A stretch of DNA of 64,000 bases. Origin: Octopus vulgaris (Eukaryota). Numbering within the stretch: the first letter of the stretch is position 1; each line of letters opens with the position of its first letter. A program made the translations under genes and the position numbers. The stretch lies in the NCBI GenBank assembly GCA_951406725.2, contig OX597815.1:128960001-129024000 (forward strand), read 5' to 3'. The notes under the pieces are model-generated. The model did not search any database. It was not told the origin of the DNA and saw only the letters and a program-made list of their open reading frames with translations. Below are positions 1 to 13,825 of the stretch, in pieces.

Positions 1-441
1 AGCTACTGTTTGTTCCACACCCCTATTTTCGGAATGGGAAGCTTGATAGAGATTTAGAAAATAATTATATTCTCTTCTCGTAGTTCAAAACATTTTGATG
101 CCTTGGTATTTTTCCATACAGCTACTCTATTAAATAAATGAATACATAAATAAATAAATAAAGAAAGAAAGAAAGAAAGAAGTCAACCATATGGTGTTAA
201 TAGAGAAAAATAGTTACATAGTTTCTGTTTAAAGTTCATCACATTCAGATGTATAAAACTAACATAAATAGTTTATCCCTTACATACATACACACACACA
301 CACACAAGTTAGAAAACAATCTCTTCTCTTTTATGGGATCTTCATTTTACATGTTATTGTCATATATAACAGTCACTCATTTAGCACATTCCTTATTTCT
401 GACGCACAACCTTCTCAAATTGGTCGGATAGTATATAAGTA

Positions 442-499
<58 letters not shown>

Positions 500-587
500 T
501 GTACACACGTACACCCATACATATATGTATAAATGAATTTTTTCTGAGGACCCCAGCTTCAGTCAGTTATATATATATATATATATA

Positions 588-695
588 TAAGTACTAGGTT
601 TACAAAGAATAAGTCCTGGAGTCGATTTGCTCTACTAAAGGCGGTGCTCCGGATGGCCACAGTCAAATGACTAAAACAAGTAAAAGAGTAAAAGA
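588..695 (+). mobile_element. SINE family A, 3' fragment
   Basis: Tail ..AAATGACTAAAACAAGTAAAAGAGTAAAAGA. Confidence 0.85.
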
Positions 696-1282
696 TATAT
701 ATACATATATGTATATATTTGTAAACTCACTAACTCTGGGGGTTTCAACAAATATTCATTTGTACACATATTTATGTATGTTTACACACACACACACAGA
801 CACACACACAAATTATTCGTTGTGGACTTTAGCCTGGATAATGTCAAACAGCCGATCTTTCTTTTACTTCCCAAACAGGAAACCATATATCACCATCACC
901 AGTTTAAAGCGAGGTGTATAAGAGTCAAAACTAAAATATTTATTTCTACTGCCAAATGTTTTCGTTATATAAAGTGGTATTTAGATTACCAATTAAACTT
1001 TTAGAATAGTTTTTACAAATTTAAAACAGAGTGCCTTAGGGGTAGAGACATGTTTTTGCTTGCCTTCGGAATCTGGTTTTAACTCAAAATCCCATTCTCA
1101 GCAAACTACAGATCTTTTCATTTCTGTTGAAATACTTTTGAGAAATGCGTGTATATGTATCCATAAAGTTCAGTTCCCATTCTCTACAGGTCATTGCCTT
1201 TCTTCCGTATACGTGCTTGCTTGTCTGTTTGCCTGTCTGTCTTCCCGTCTTTCTAACTCAGCATCTGCCTCTCCTCTCTCTC

Positions 1283-1524
1283 CCTTATCGCGGGTCACCT
1301 ATCGCAGTTCATCTATCGCTGTTCACCTATCGCGGTTTATTATTTAATCTTACGTCGATTCCTCCGTGGTGTTGGTTTGCATTTATAACAAAATGAATAT
1401 ATACAAATTATAAAAATAATAAATATATATATATATACAGTACAGTACTGTTTCTACTTGGGCGAATTTTCACCTATCGCGGGGCTTTCGGAATGTAACG
1501 CCCGCAATAGTCGACGGATTGCAG
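1283..1524 (-). mobile_element. Older inverted copy of the 9363 MITE
   Basis: Reverse-complement similarity along its length; internal triplication of CA(C/T)CTATCGC. Confidence 0.75.
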
Positions 1525-2275
1525 TATGTGTGTATTCATCCTTTACTTACGTGCAAGTACAACTGGAGTTATACATAGCTGTTGTTGCAATTTAAACGCA
1601 TGTATGGCTGGCTAATCAAGAAAATCATTTCGAACCTTCGTAGTTTTGAGTTCGATCCCACTACATGGCACCTAGAGTGTCGTCTAAACACAGCCTCAGG
1701 TCGACCTAAAATCTCATGGAGGTAATTAGGTAGACGGAAACTGTACTGAAGCCCATCGGAGATCGTTATTGTCCCTTGGCAAGAAACTTAATCCGTCGTA
1801 TGTTGTAACACCGCCTACCGGCGTTTTGATGCATCTAACGGAAGTGTTGTAAGCATTTGGGCAAGGTGTCCGATTTGAGGATAGTTTGATTCCACCATCA
1901 CTTCAACCCAACTAATTCTTGTCTTTCCTCTCTGCGGGATCAATAAGCACAAAGTGTGCGAAGTGTGCGGGTCGATAGGGCGGTTACTTTATACACGTGT
2001 GTGAATGCTTGCTGATGCCGTAAGTATGTTACGCCGGAACGAGACGATTGGGCGATGTTGTTTGTACACTGAATATGTGGCACGGCTGATTGGACATTCA
2101 GCTTGTTTTTGGCGATAGTACTTTTTGACGCTGCAGGCAAACACACACGCATGTACGCACGTCCCACGCAGAAATATACACAGATAGAGAGAATGGAAGA
2201 GAGAAACATTACAATTGAATACGATATAAATACTTTCCCTCTCCACATACACATAGAGAAATATGTTCAACACTT

Positions 2276-2346
<71 letters not shown>

Positions 2347-3567
2347 TGAAAAAACGATAGAAATATAGAAAGGTCTGATGTCAAAGAAGCCAGCGTCGAA
2401 TCAGCGGCGTCGGAACGACTGTGACAAAACACCACATACCCAAATTTATGTTAAAGGAAGTGGGTAATCAATATAGCTAACGCACAGGGAGGCCAAGTCC
2501 CACATTACACCACTAAACACCAGTCGTATTCAATCCACTACTAAACTCTGGTCCTCGTGTAAAGGTGTAAAGAAAACAATATAACAGAAAGCATTTTAAG
2601 AAATCAATAAGATAACTACAGACATTATAAAAAATCAATTTTATAGCTATAAATATCATTTATTTTAACAAAAAATTAACTAAAACTTCACTTAAAGGTT
2701 ATAATTCTTAAAAGTGTAGATAACTTTATCCACCTTTCAGTGTTGGCGCAGTTGATGAATAGCATCAGCATTCAGCTGAATTCTTGTAAGACAAGAAACT
2801 GCATCCGAGGACAAAGACCCAGCTCAAGAGTTCAATAATTTTGAGGAATATGGAGTTACCCACTAAATCACCAATATTCCAACCACTACTCTTAGGTTCA
2901 CTCTGGCTTATAATGGCAGTATTTATCAAGGACTCTAGTTATGGATCAAATAGCCGAGGACGGTTCTATATTTAAGGCAGGCTGGCTCCGAGACATGTTA
3001 CACAAGCCTTGTGTGGATAAGCTACGATATCACTTTCAAATAAAACTGTCCTCTTGCCTAAGGGTTAGTTAGACACTGAGCTTCAAGTGCAAACTTAGGA
3101 GATCAAGAAACTAGAGAAGTAAACTGTAAATAAACCTGCAGGAGAGAACGGAAAACCATTGCTGTATCTTTCCTAAGAAAAATCACAACTGGCAAGAATG
3201 TCCATGGTCGCCGACGCCTGTAGGTATGGCACTTGAAGAGAGAGTTAGCCGAAGCAAAATTAATCTCAAGCTATTGGCTCTCAAAGTTAGAAAAAGTCAT
3301 GAAAAGTAATTTCTACGTAATACTAAAAATGTTCTCCACCCCCAGATCTACATAGTATGATGACCTGCTAGAAACACCCAAATCTTGAGAAAGGATACAC
3401 TGAATAATGTGATCCTCGTACTCTCGTGACTGAAAAAAAAGTTGAGATGGTCAAGACTGAAACATACTTCATAATAGTTGATTTATTGCGCGGCAACAAT
3501 AACACCCCGACATGGATATACACAGCCGGCCCTTTTATATCAATGTTTAAGGTGTCCATAATAATCA

Positions 3568-3686
3568 AGGCCCGAAAGGATGAAAAGCAAAGTACTCGGC
3601 GAAATTTGTACTCAGTACGCAGCGGCAGACGAAATATCACTTAGCATTTCGCCCGGCGTTCTAACGATTCTGCCAGCTCGCCGCCT
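3568..3686 (-). mobile_element. SINE family B, deleted copy
   Basis: Head GGCGGCGAGCTGGCAGAA; TSD TAAG(G)GTGTCCATAATAAT. Confidence 0.8.
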
Positions 3687-4189
3687 TAAGGGTGTCCATA
3701 ATAATGTATTACTAATGAGGTCTTGCTTATCTTTCCAACAATGTCCTGCAATACGCATGCGCCTTCCTCTCTGGTGACAGCAGTGGTGTAAAAATAATTG
3801 AAATTTAAAATCTTAAAATTAAAATAATTAAACGAAAAGTATAAAAGAAAATGGGGGAAAAACAGTAACAAAAATATCTTTCATTCAACTGAAAAATAGT
3901 GTTAAAACTGAAACGGAAAATTAGAACAAGAAAAAATTCTGGAATGAACTAGATCAAGTAGACCGCTTGACACTATCTACAGATAGATATATTTATTTGT
4001 ATATGAGATCAAGCGAATTAGGTGATTACTGAGGCGTTAAGGGTGTTGTTGGGGCGTAGTTACAGCTTGGTAACCATAACTATAAACAACAATATTAAAA
4101 CCAAGCCAGCGAGTGAGTTTCAACCAGCTGGAAACAACACCTAAAACTCCTTTAAATCAGAGCTTACCGTCTTAAGACAGGACTGAATA

Positions 4190-4817
4190 TATTCTTTTCT
4201 ATTCTTAGACACAAGGCCCGGCATTTTTTTGGTGCGGGGGGGCAGTCGATTATATCGACCCCAGTACGTAACTGGTACTTAATTTATCGACCCCGAAAGG
4301 ATGAAAGGCAATTTCGACCTCGGTGGAATTTGAACTCAGAGTGTAACGGCAGACGAAATACCTATTTCTATTTCTTTATTACCCACAAGGGGCTAAACAC
4401 AGAGGGGACAAACAAGGACAGACAAACGGATTAAGTCGATTATATCGACCCCAGTGCGTAACTGGTACTTATTTAATCGACCCCGAAAGGATGGAAGGCA
4501 AAGTTGACCTCGGCGGAATTTGAACTCAGAACGTAACGGCAGACGAAATTCCGCTAAGCATTTCGCCCGGCGTGCTAATGTTTCTTATTTCTTTATTGTC
4601 CACAAGAGGCTAAACATAGAGGGAACAAACAAGGACAGGAAAAGGGATTAAGTCGATTACATCGACCCTAGTGCGTAACTGGTACTTAATTTATCGACCC
4701 CAAAAGGATGAAAGGCAAAGTCAAACCTCGATGGAATTTGAACTCAGAACGTAACGGCAGTCGAAATTCCGCTAAGCATTCCGCCTGGCGTGCTAATGTT
4801 TCTGCCAGCTCGTCGCC
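4190..4817 (-). mobile_element. SINE family B trimer
   Basis: Three tandem units with GCCTTTCATCCTTTCGGGGTCGAT..AAGTACCAG (Meta-domain-like) core. Confidence 0.9.
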
Positions 4818-5000
4818 TTAAGGGTATCCGTAATAATGCATCACTAATGAGGTCTTGCTTAGCGTTCCAACAATGTCCTGCAATACGCATGCGCCTTCCT
4901 CTCTGGTGACAGCTGTGGTGTAAAAATATTTGAATTTTGAAATCAGGACTGAATACATTGCAAAATTTAATCTAATCTTACATAAGGCACGCGCGTATGA

Positions 5001-5294
5001 GTAGGTGTAGCTGTGTGGTAAGAAGTTTGCTTCACAACCACGTGTTTTCTAGTTCAGTCGCACTGCATAGTACCTTAGATCAGTATCTTTTACTAGAGCC
5101 TCGGGGCGACAAAAGCCTTGTGAGTGGATTTGGCAGACGGAAACTGAAAGAAGCTCCCGTAACTTAGTAATTTGGCAAAAATTTCCGATAGAATAAGTCG
5201 CAAGCTTTAAAAAATATAAGTACCAAGGCCGATTCCTTTGCCTAAAATTATTCAAGGCGGTGGCCCAGCATGGCCACAGTGTAATGACTGAAAC
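5001..5294 (+). mobile_element. SINE family A, internally deleted
   Basis: Head and tail match the family; middle is missing. Confidence 0.8.
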
Positions 5295-5344
5295 ACACAC
5301 ACAGACACACACTCACACACGAATGGCAGGTTATAGATACATCA

Positions 5345-5600
5345 TTATCACCATCATCAATAACAGCGATTTTAACATCTACTTTTCCATGCTCGCATTG
5401 GTCGGATGGAATTCGTTAAGGCGTATTATGTACAGCCGGATGCCCTTCCTGACGCCAACCCTCACTTACATCTAAGTAAGGTGATATTTTTCCATAACCA
5501 GATGCGTTTTCCACGGAAAACTGGAAAGGAATACTAATGCTTGCATGATGGTGACGCTCGATTACGACTATCACGTGATACCAAGATAAGAAGACGCTAA
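5345..5600 (-). mobile_element. V-domain-like SINE remnant
   Basis: Minus strand GGTTGGCGTCAGGAAGGGCATCCGGCTGTA. Confidence 0.6.
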
Positions 5601-5622
5601 CAGACGCTTGTGCTCGGATAGT

Positions 5623-5699
<77 letters not shown>

Positions 5700-5793
5700 G
5701 GGAAGCTTTATGAAAATAAACAAAAGACGAAGGCAGGTGGAATACAAACAAACAATTGTATTAGTATGGCGCTCAGGAATATAAATAAAACAA

Positions 5794-5832
5794 GTCTTTT
5801 ACGTTTCGAGCCTACGCTCTTCAACAGAAAGA
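5794..5832 (-). ncRNA. Minimal hammerhead-like motif in a Penelope pLTR-like fragment (about 5699-5900)
   Basis: Minus strand: TCTTT-CTGTTGA-a-GAGC(GTAG)GCTC-GAAA-CGTA-AAAGA; position A6 is T. Confidence 0.55.
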
Positions 5833-6112
5833 TACACAGAAAGAAACAAGGAGAGAAAAAAATGCGTGCAGAGGCTAGCGAATCAACATACGCAACGGTA
5901 TCGTCTTTCAGTCTCTTTTAATCAAATCCGATCGTATGGCTTTGGTCGGCCCAGAGCTATGGTAGGAAAAACACTTACCCAAGGAATCACATAGATACTG
6001 GATCCAAAAATATGTTGGGAAGCAAACTTCTGAAGCACCACAGTTAAGCTTACAGGTGAGCGTGCGCACAGACAGGCTGGCAAACAGACAGGTAGACAAA
6101 CAGGTAGGAAGG

Positions 6113-6192
<80 letters not shown>

Positions 6193-6247
6193 GTGAGAAA
6201 GAGAGAGAGAGACAGACATATATATATATATATATATATATATAGAT

Positions 6248-6316
<69 letters not shown>

Positions 6317-6976
6317 GATGGAATTATCACAGCTAGCATTCGCTTGAGTCCACCAGTTTCGCCGTGTCGAGTAGCTTATGTGTCTGACCTATAATATTCT
6401 GGAAATTTGCTGGTGTGTTGCTGATAATAACGATAAAAAAATGAATGATAAGGTCTCACATACATAATGTGTAAATCTTCAGACAGTAAAAGACCTCCAA
6501 ACTGAACCTATTTTACAGACTTCGACCTAAATCTGTCTTGCTGTGTAAGACGATATTGGATATAAACAACAATATAAAACTTACTTCTCGCAGTATTAGT
6601 AGTAAATATTGTTTATAGATATTTTTATCAGATCTATTACACCGCTTTACGTCATTTCAATTGGTTTCATACATACACACATACATACTTATATTAGACG
6701 CATACATAAACGCATACGTACGCACAAACCTATATTTAGGGAGTAGGCTGTCACACACAGACACACAAACGTATGTGTGTGTGTGTGAAGGTGCGTGTCC
6801 TAGTGATTAGAGTGTTGTCTCACGACTCTTAGATCGTGGGTTCGATTTCCACGTTCGTTCCCCTCCCCCTTTTTTTTTCTACGGTCTGAGTTCAAATTCT
6901 GTCGAGGATGACCCAAGACAGAAACTTATATGAGCCCATAATTCAAAGGTCCAAACTTGTCACAATAGTCCTACTT

Positions 6977-7846
6977 CAGGAGTGGGGAAACTTTTTAGTA
7001 GGGCGGACAAAAATTTTCAAAGAAAAAGGTCCGCGGGCGGAGCACAAGTTCTAACTTTTATATCTGTGTAAATCTTGTATATATCTATGTATAATTAGGG
7101 GTACATCAATAAAGATAAGTTTAAGACATTAAAATAACGCGTAACATCTTCATTAACGCCGCCACTAAATTTAGGATGTTGAGGTATTTTATATTTTTCA
7201 ACTAGAGTGTAGTTGGGTCTCAAGGGGGTGTTACAAACATAGTAATATGTGTTTTATAGTGAAAACAAAATTTCCATTCAAATGGAAATTACCGGACAAT
7301 TTTCTGTTCGAATCTAACCGTTTTAAGTCGTAGTGGAAACCCGACCTATGTCGCAAATAGGCATACGAATATTGTATAAATTTTATAATTGAAAAATTTA
7401 CTATATCCTTTTCTACTCTAGGCACAAGGCCGAAATTTTGGGGGAGGAGGCCAGTCGATTAGATCGACTCCCAGTATGCAACTGGTACTTAATTTATCGA
7501 CTCCGAAAGTCCATCTCGGCAGAATTTGAACTCAGAACGTAAAGTCAGACAAAATGCCTATTTCTTTACTACCCACAAGGGGCTTAACACAGAGAAGACA
7601 AACAAGGGCAGACAAACGGATTAAGTCGCTTATAGTGCGTAACTGGTACTTATTTAATCGACCCCGAAAGGATGAAAGGCAGACAAAATACCACTGAGCA
7701 TTTCGCCCGGCGTGCTAACGTTTCTGCCAGCTCGCTGCCTTGACAATTTTACTCTATTTTGCACATATACATATGCCAGCTTGCAGGCGAAAAAAATGGG
7801 CTCGCGGGCGCAATTGCGCCCGCCTGCGGGGGTTTCCCCACCCCTG
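6977..7846. mobile_element. hAT (Charlie-like) non-autonomous element with nested SINE
   Basis: TIR CAGGAGTGGGGAAAC/GTTTCCCCACCCCTG; 8-bp TSD TCCTACTT/TTCTACTT. Confidence 0.9.
7404..7740 (-). mobile_element. SINE family B dimer inside the hAT element
   Basis: Similarity to the other copies. Confidence 0.85.
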
Positions 7847-8840
7847 TTCTACTTGAATACTTGGTTCTACTTGGTTACGTTAAGGCTGCGTGAGTCTATG
7901 AAATGCCCAGTTCCATCGCAAGCTACTTCATTGAGTAGGTTGTCTAATGGTTGTCTAATGGAAGCTCATAGATTGAAGTTAACATGCAAATACTTAATAT
8001 TCACTATACCATTCGTTCACATGATAATTATGTGATAGAAATTTGAAGCTTTATACGTAACACTTTATAGATCACTTTCAGGGTAAGTTTCGAAATGGAT
8101 ACAGCTATAAATAATGATTTCTGATTTAAGCGCAGGGTCAGCAATTTTGATGGGAGTGGGGGGAAAATCAATACCATCGACTCCAGTATTTGACGGGTTC
8201 TTTAATTTATCGATCCCAAAAAAATTGAAAGGCAAAATTGCCCTTAACAGGAATCGAACTCGGAACGTAAGGAGCTGGAAGAAATGTTGCAAGACATTTA
8301 TTCCAATGCTTTAACGAGTCTGTCTGTTCGCTTGCCCTACAGCTATAAATAATAGTTTCAACTTTTTGCACAAGGCCAGCAATTTTAGGGGTTAGTCGAT
8401 TACATCGCCCCCAGTGCTTGAATGGTGCTTCACTTTTTCGACCCCAAAAGAATGAAAGGCAAAGTTGATGTTAGCCAAAAGTGAGGAAGGAAATCTGCCT
8501 AGGGCGACGCTTTTAGTGGGGGTAGGGGTCACTTTTGGGTCTGCGTTATAAGCTGGTATAGGCTTATAGGTGGGGCCTGGGATAAAGGTAGCAAACTTGA
8601 GGGCTGCTCCGGGCAGCACAAACTCTATCTAACCCTGAGGGAACAAGCAAGATAACAGATAGGGAGCAATAAAGATAAAATGATTGAAGCAATCAGTGCA
8701 GGTACTGTACGCTGATAACTAGTTCAGTAAGCCTGGCACATAGGTCACAACGAAAGAGGGAAGGGCTATCATTAAGAAAGAAAGCACGTTAAACATAGGA
8801 CCATAAAAATATTGGGTTTAATGCTTCTTTCCATTACTCT

Positions 8841-9050
8841 CTTTACTCTTTTACTTGTTTCAGTCATTTGATTGTGGCTATGCTGGAGCACCGCATTTAG
8901 TCGAGCAAATCGACCCCAGGACTTATTCTTTGTAAGCCTAGTACTTATTCTATCGGACTCTTTTGCCGAACCGCTAAGTTACGGGAATGTAAACACACCA
9001 GCATCGGTTGTCAAGCGATGTTGGGGGGACAAACACAGACACACAAACAT

Positions 9051-9099
<49 letters not shown>

Positions 9100-9265
9100 T
9101 ACGACGGGCTTCTTTCAGTTTCCGTCTACCAAATCCACTCACAAGGCTTTGGTCGGGGGGAGGCTATAGTAGAAGACACTTGCCCAAGGTGCCACGCAGT
9201 GGGACTGAACCCGGAACCATGTGGTTCGTAAGCAAGCTACTTACCACACAGCCACTACTACGCCT
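8841..9265 (-). mobile_element. SINE family A (tRNA head, CORE-like middle, internal microsatellite, LINE-like tail), full length
   Basis: Reverse complement of the 35011 and 60893 copies; A box TGGC.GTGTGG, B box GGTTCAGTCC. Confidence 0.9.
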
Positions 9266-9362
9266 ATACTTAATTATTCTGTGCGATTATAGGGTATCGA
9301 ATAAAAGCGTTGATCTTGTGTTAGTTGTGTGTTCAGTTGCTAGGCCAGTGAATCTACATATA

Positions 9363-9588
9363 CAGTAATCCCTCGACTATCGCGGGTGTTACGTTCCAAA
9401 TCCCACTGCGATAGATGAAAATTCGTGAAGTAGAAACAGTACTGTACTGTATATCTTTTTTTATTTTAATTTTTATAATTTATATATATTTATTTTATCA
9501 TAAATGCAAAACAACACCACAGAGGAATCGACGTAAGCTTAAATAATAAACTGCGATAGGTGAACCGCGATATGGCGAGGGATTACGG
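9363..9588 (+). mobile_element. Tigger/pogo-like MITE
   Basis: TA-CAGTAATCCCTCG...CGAGGGATTACGG-TA. Confidence 0.85.
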
Positions 9589-9591
9589 TAT

Positions 9592-10050
9592 TCTTGAATC
9601 TGCATGTACTCTATGTCAAGTGGAATGAGCAAGTGCTAATCATCAGAAGTTCGAGGATAACTAATGAGAGAATAATATCTCAGGCATGAGAAGCATATGC
9701 CCCGTGGGTTGAATAAACGGTTCGAAATTCCGAGAACGTTACCAAATTCGACAGGTATGGTGGCATTTGAAAAAGGTTACTGGTTATAAAACGATTACAG
9801 CTCCGGTACTACGGACATGTGATTATAATGTCGCAGAAAAGAATCGCAAAGCGGAATTCTTCAAGCCGAACCAGTAGGCAAGGAGACTAGCGCTAGACCA
9901 AGAATGGGATGGTTAGAAAATATCTATACTTTCAGTTGGGAATCCAGCCAGGAAAATGTAATGGGAGTTGCTTCTATGGAAGAGGTGCCTGAGGACATTA
10001 AATCCACCCCCATAGTCCTCCCAGGAATAGTGGGTGGAGAAAATGGATGA
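9592..10050 (+). mobile_element. RTE LINE 3' remnant
   Basis: QLRYYGHV..RIAKR..RPRMGWLENI; tail ending GAAAATGGATG. Confidence 0.7.
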
Positions 10051-10077
10051 TATATACATTTGTGCGTGCGTGCGTGC

Positions 10078-10166
<89 letters not shown>

Positions 10167-10773
10167 CTCATATAGCATGGAATCGGAAGTTATCTAGTAC
10201 GTTGGAAAGCGTAATTTCTTCAGATATGCATGTTTTAAGAATCAGAAATTACGATTCAGCAATACGCGCTCGCACACGCACGCACACTAGCACACACACA
10301 TAAAGGCGAAGCTTCCTCTTTTCCGCAATTTAAAAAAATTTTATTTTTTGGATTTGTTTTAAAAAGTTACCCATTAAATATCGCATGTATGTATTCATGT
10401 ACCAGACACGCGCGTGCGCACGTATACGCTCAACATAAGAACCAACTAATTTTATATAGAAATGAGAAACAAACCCGGATTTTTATAAGTATTAAGTTCT
10501 TATTTGTAAGTATGCGTGTTTGTATGTATACATGAATATGGGTGTGTATACATAAATACATACTACATACATGTACATACATACATACATACATACATAC
10601 ATACATACATACATACATACATACATACATACATACATACATACATACATACATACATACATACATACATACATGCACAGTAGCCACAAAAATGTACGAA
10701 CACGCACACACAGTTACCAATTACAGCCATTGACATTTTAAGATCCTGAAATAAGCTTTGCATAAGTTCATGT

Positions 10774-10940
<167 letters not shown>

Positions 10941-11299
10941 GGATAAATTAGAAATAAAAATATAGTATAAATACATATCGAAAGAGGATTGGCTTGTGCG
11001 GTGAGGGATTATATCTTAAGTATAGAACTGACTGATGATGGCGGGCAATGGTGGTTCGGTGAAGTCTAAACATAAACGTAACAAATAATGTTGTGACGAA
11101 TCTATGAGGAAAAGAGTGTTTCCTTTTACTTAGATAACACTGTCTTATGGGAAAAAGAAAGAAAAATATTTAGCGAATCTCTTAAGAGCATTTGGCTGGA
11201 ATCTACTTTTTACACGAGCTCGTTTATAAGCGTACTATTTATACATGTACGTTCCATAGACTGTGACTAAGTTCATAGTGTAAGTATAAATACATTTGG

Positions 11300-11390
<91 letters not shown>

Positions 11391-11614
11391 CGTGTGTAGC
11401 AATGCATGCATGTTATTAGGAAGTCATATTTAATTCTCTTTTTTGTATGTTTGTACATAAGCGCTTAATATATCATAGACATAGTAAAGTGCTAATATGC
11501 TTCGTGTGACAAACACGATAATTTTAATGGAGACAACACACACATATGCAGATACTTTATACAAACGGGAGAAGTAGAACTCAATAGATTTGAGTGTACA
11601 TTTTATTTATACAA

Positions 11615-11837
11615 AGGCGGCGAGCTGGCAGAAACGTTAGCGCGCCGGGAGTAATGCTGAGCGGTATTTCGTCAGTCTTAACGTTCTGAGTTCAAATACT
11701 ACCGAGATCGACTTTGCCTTTCATCCTTTCGGAGTCAATAAATTAAGTACCAGTTACGTACTGGAGTCGATCTAATCGACTGGCCCCACCTCCCCCAAAA
11801 TTTCGGGCCTTGTGCCTAGAGTAGAAAAGAAAAGAAT
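11615..11837 (+). mobile_element. SINE family B monomer
   Basis: Head, core and GGGCCTTGTGCCTAGAGTAGAAAAGA tail. Confidence 0.9.
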
Positions 11838-12084
11838 GTCCCTGAATTTGGGAAATGCCATGGAATGAAAGTCTTGGCCCTTGAATTATTGATGTAGCCT
11901 CTTTACTATGTATGCATGTGTGTAAGCATACACACACACCTAGATACATACAGATGTATGTATATATAACGACTTAACTCAATTTTTTGCGGTTTCAAAG
12001 AAGAATTTAAAAGATTCTTATATAGCTAGTTGTCAGTTGCTCACCAGCTACTGTTCCTTGCACAAATAATTCAAACAATCGAAG

Positions 12085-12125
12085 AAATTTTGACGTTTTG
12101 AGCAAAACCTTCATCAGATTGAAAT
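12085..12125 (-). ncRNA. Degenerate minimal hammerhead-like motif
   Basis: Minus strand: CTGATGA-AGGTTTTGCTC-AAAA-CGTC; G12>A is consistent with CpG decay. Confidence 0.4.
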
Positions 12126-12126
12126 T

Positions 12127-12166
<40 letters not shown>

Positions 12167-12867
12167 GATTTACAAGTGTTGGTAGCTACATTGATTGAGA
12201 GTAGTAGGAGTGAGCGATGGATTCTCTCTCGCTTCGACAAGGCATTGCTGAACAACCTGCACGATGAATATTTTTATAGTGGACATATAGTTTGTGCAGA
12301 GCCAGTCCCACTCAGTTATCCATCAAACTTGTATTGGTCTGGTGTTACATCTGCTCATCTGCCAGGGTTTCATCTGCCATGGATTCATTGAGGTGTCGGT
12401 GAGTAACTTTCTTCCGCAAGTAATCCGATACATGCTAATTAACTCATAGCTGGGGCCCTGTCGGATGCTACTTCTTCGGTCAGGGTAGACCTGGCAAGAA
12501 TAAGGGTTAAGAAGTGGTTCTACACTTCCGCAGACCCTGGAACTCCCGAACCAGAGTCCCAGTACTGGATTCAGTTTGAATTCACATCTAGTACAAAGTA
12601 GGAGTGAAAAAACATTAATACTCTAATGAAGGTTAATTATCGTAACAGCAAAAATTATTATTTCTCACTTACTCTCTGCTAATTTATCCATCAACACTAA
12701 TAAGCACTCCTCTGTGTCCTCCATCTCTCTTTCCCTTCTCCCATCCATCCCTTTGTAGCTCACTATGTGACCCTCTGCCAGAAAAGTCAGATTTTCTTCC
12801 TCGTTACAATCAACATATTTCGTTGTTTCAGCGATTCTTACTATTCGTCAATATAGGACATCGCCAA

Positions 12868-13082
12868 GGCGGCGAGCCGGCAGAAACGTTAGCACGCCGA
12901 GAAAAATGCTTAGTGGTATTCGTCTGTCTTTACGTTCTGAGTTCAAATTCCGCCGAGGTCGACTTTGCCTTTCGTTCTTTCGGGGTCGATAAATTAAGTA
13001 CCAGTTGCGCACCGGAGTCGATCTAATCGACTGGTACCCTCTCCCAAAATTTCGGGCATTGTGCCTAGAGTAGAAAAGAATA
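12868..13082 (+). mobile_element. SINE family B monomer
   Basis: TSD AATATAGGACAT(C/T)GCCA. Confidence 0.9.
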
Positions 13083-13164
13083 TAGGACATTGCCAGTTTA
13101 CTAGACTTTTACTGTTTCATTGTATAATATAGTTTGTTCAATAACAGTTATGAAGTCATTGGAT

Positions 13165-13825
13165 CTCCGTCGATTTCGACGAAGAGTGTTCAGCTGTTGG
13201 ATCATCTGAAATACCTGTTCATTGAATTAACTTATATGTGGCTGAGCATTCCACCGACACGTGTACCTTTAACATAATTTTCAGACAGAATCAGCGGGAC
13301 ACGGTGTGTGATAAGGCTGTACCTCTGAATAATAGATACAATCCATCAGATGGACTTCCATATAGTTTCCATCTACTTTATTTCATTCACAAGACTTGCT
13401 TCGATCCGAGGCGAGTTAAAGGGCATTTTCTTCAGGTGCCATACAGTGGAATCAAACCCAGGACCTTCTGATTGTTGAACAAATCACTTAAACATTCGGC
13501 CTTCCGTCAGTTCGGCGACGAGGTTTCAGGTGTTCAGTCAACTGAAATACCTGTTGATTGAATTGACTTGTATGTGGTTGAGCATTCCATAGACACACTA
13601 ACGTAATCGAGGCAAAATCAACACGACACGGAGAGGGTAACAAAGCTGGGCCCTTGACTTACGGGCACACTCTATCCGACGGGCTTCCTCGCATTTCTTG
13701 TGTCCCAAATTTCACCCACAAGGCTTGGATTCACTCAAAACAACGACAAAAGACACTTTCCCAAGATACCACGCAGGGAGATCGAACCAACGAACCTGTA
13801 AACCTTTTAAACATTCAGCTATGTT
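13165..13825 (-). mobile_element. Two old head-to-tail SINE copies (family-A-like head, different tail)
   Basis: 13165-13500 and 13501-13825 align (CTGAAATACCTGTT..GTGG.TGAGCATTCCA). Confidence 0.6.

Noticed and set aside
4190-4817. CRISPR-like or satellite array
   Set aside because: Tandem SINE units with no unique spacers, in a eukaryotic context.
11030-11070. CTGATGA motif
   Set aside because: No stem II, GAAA or NUH in register.
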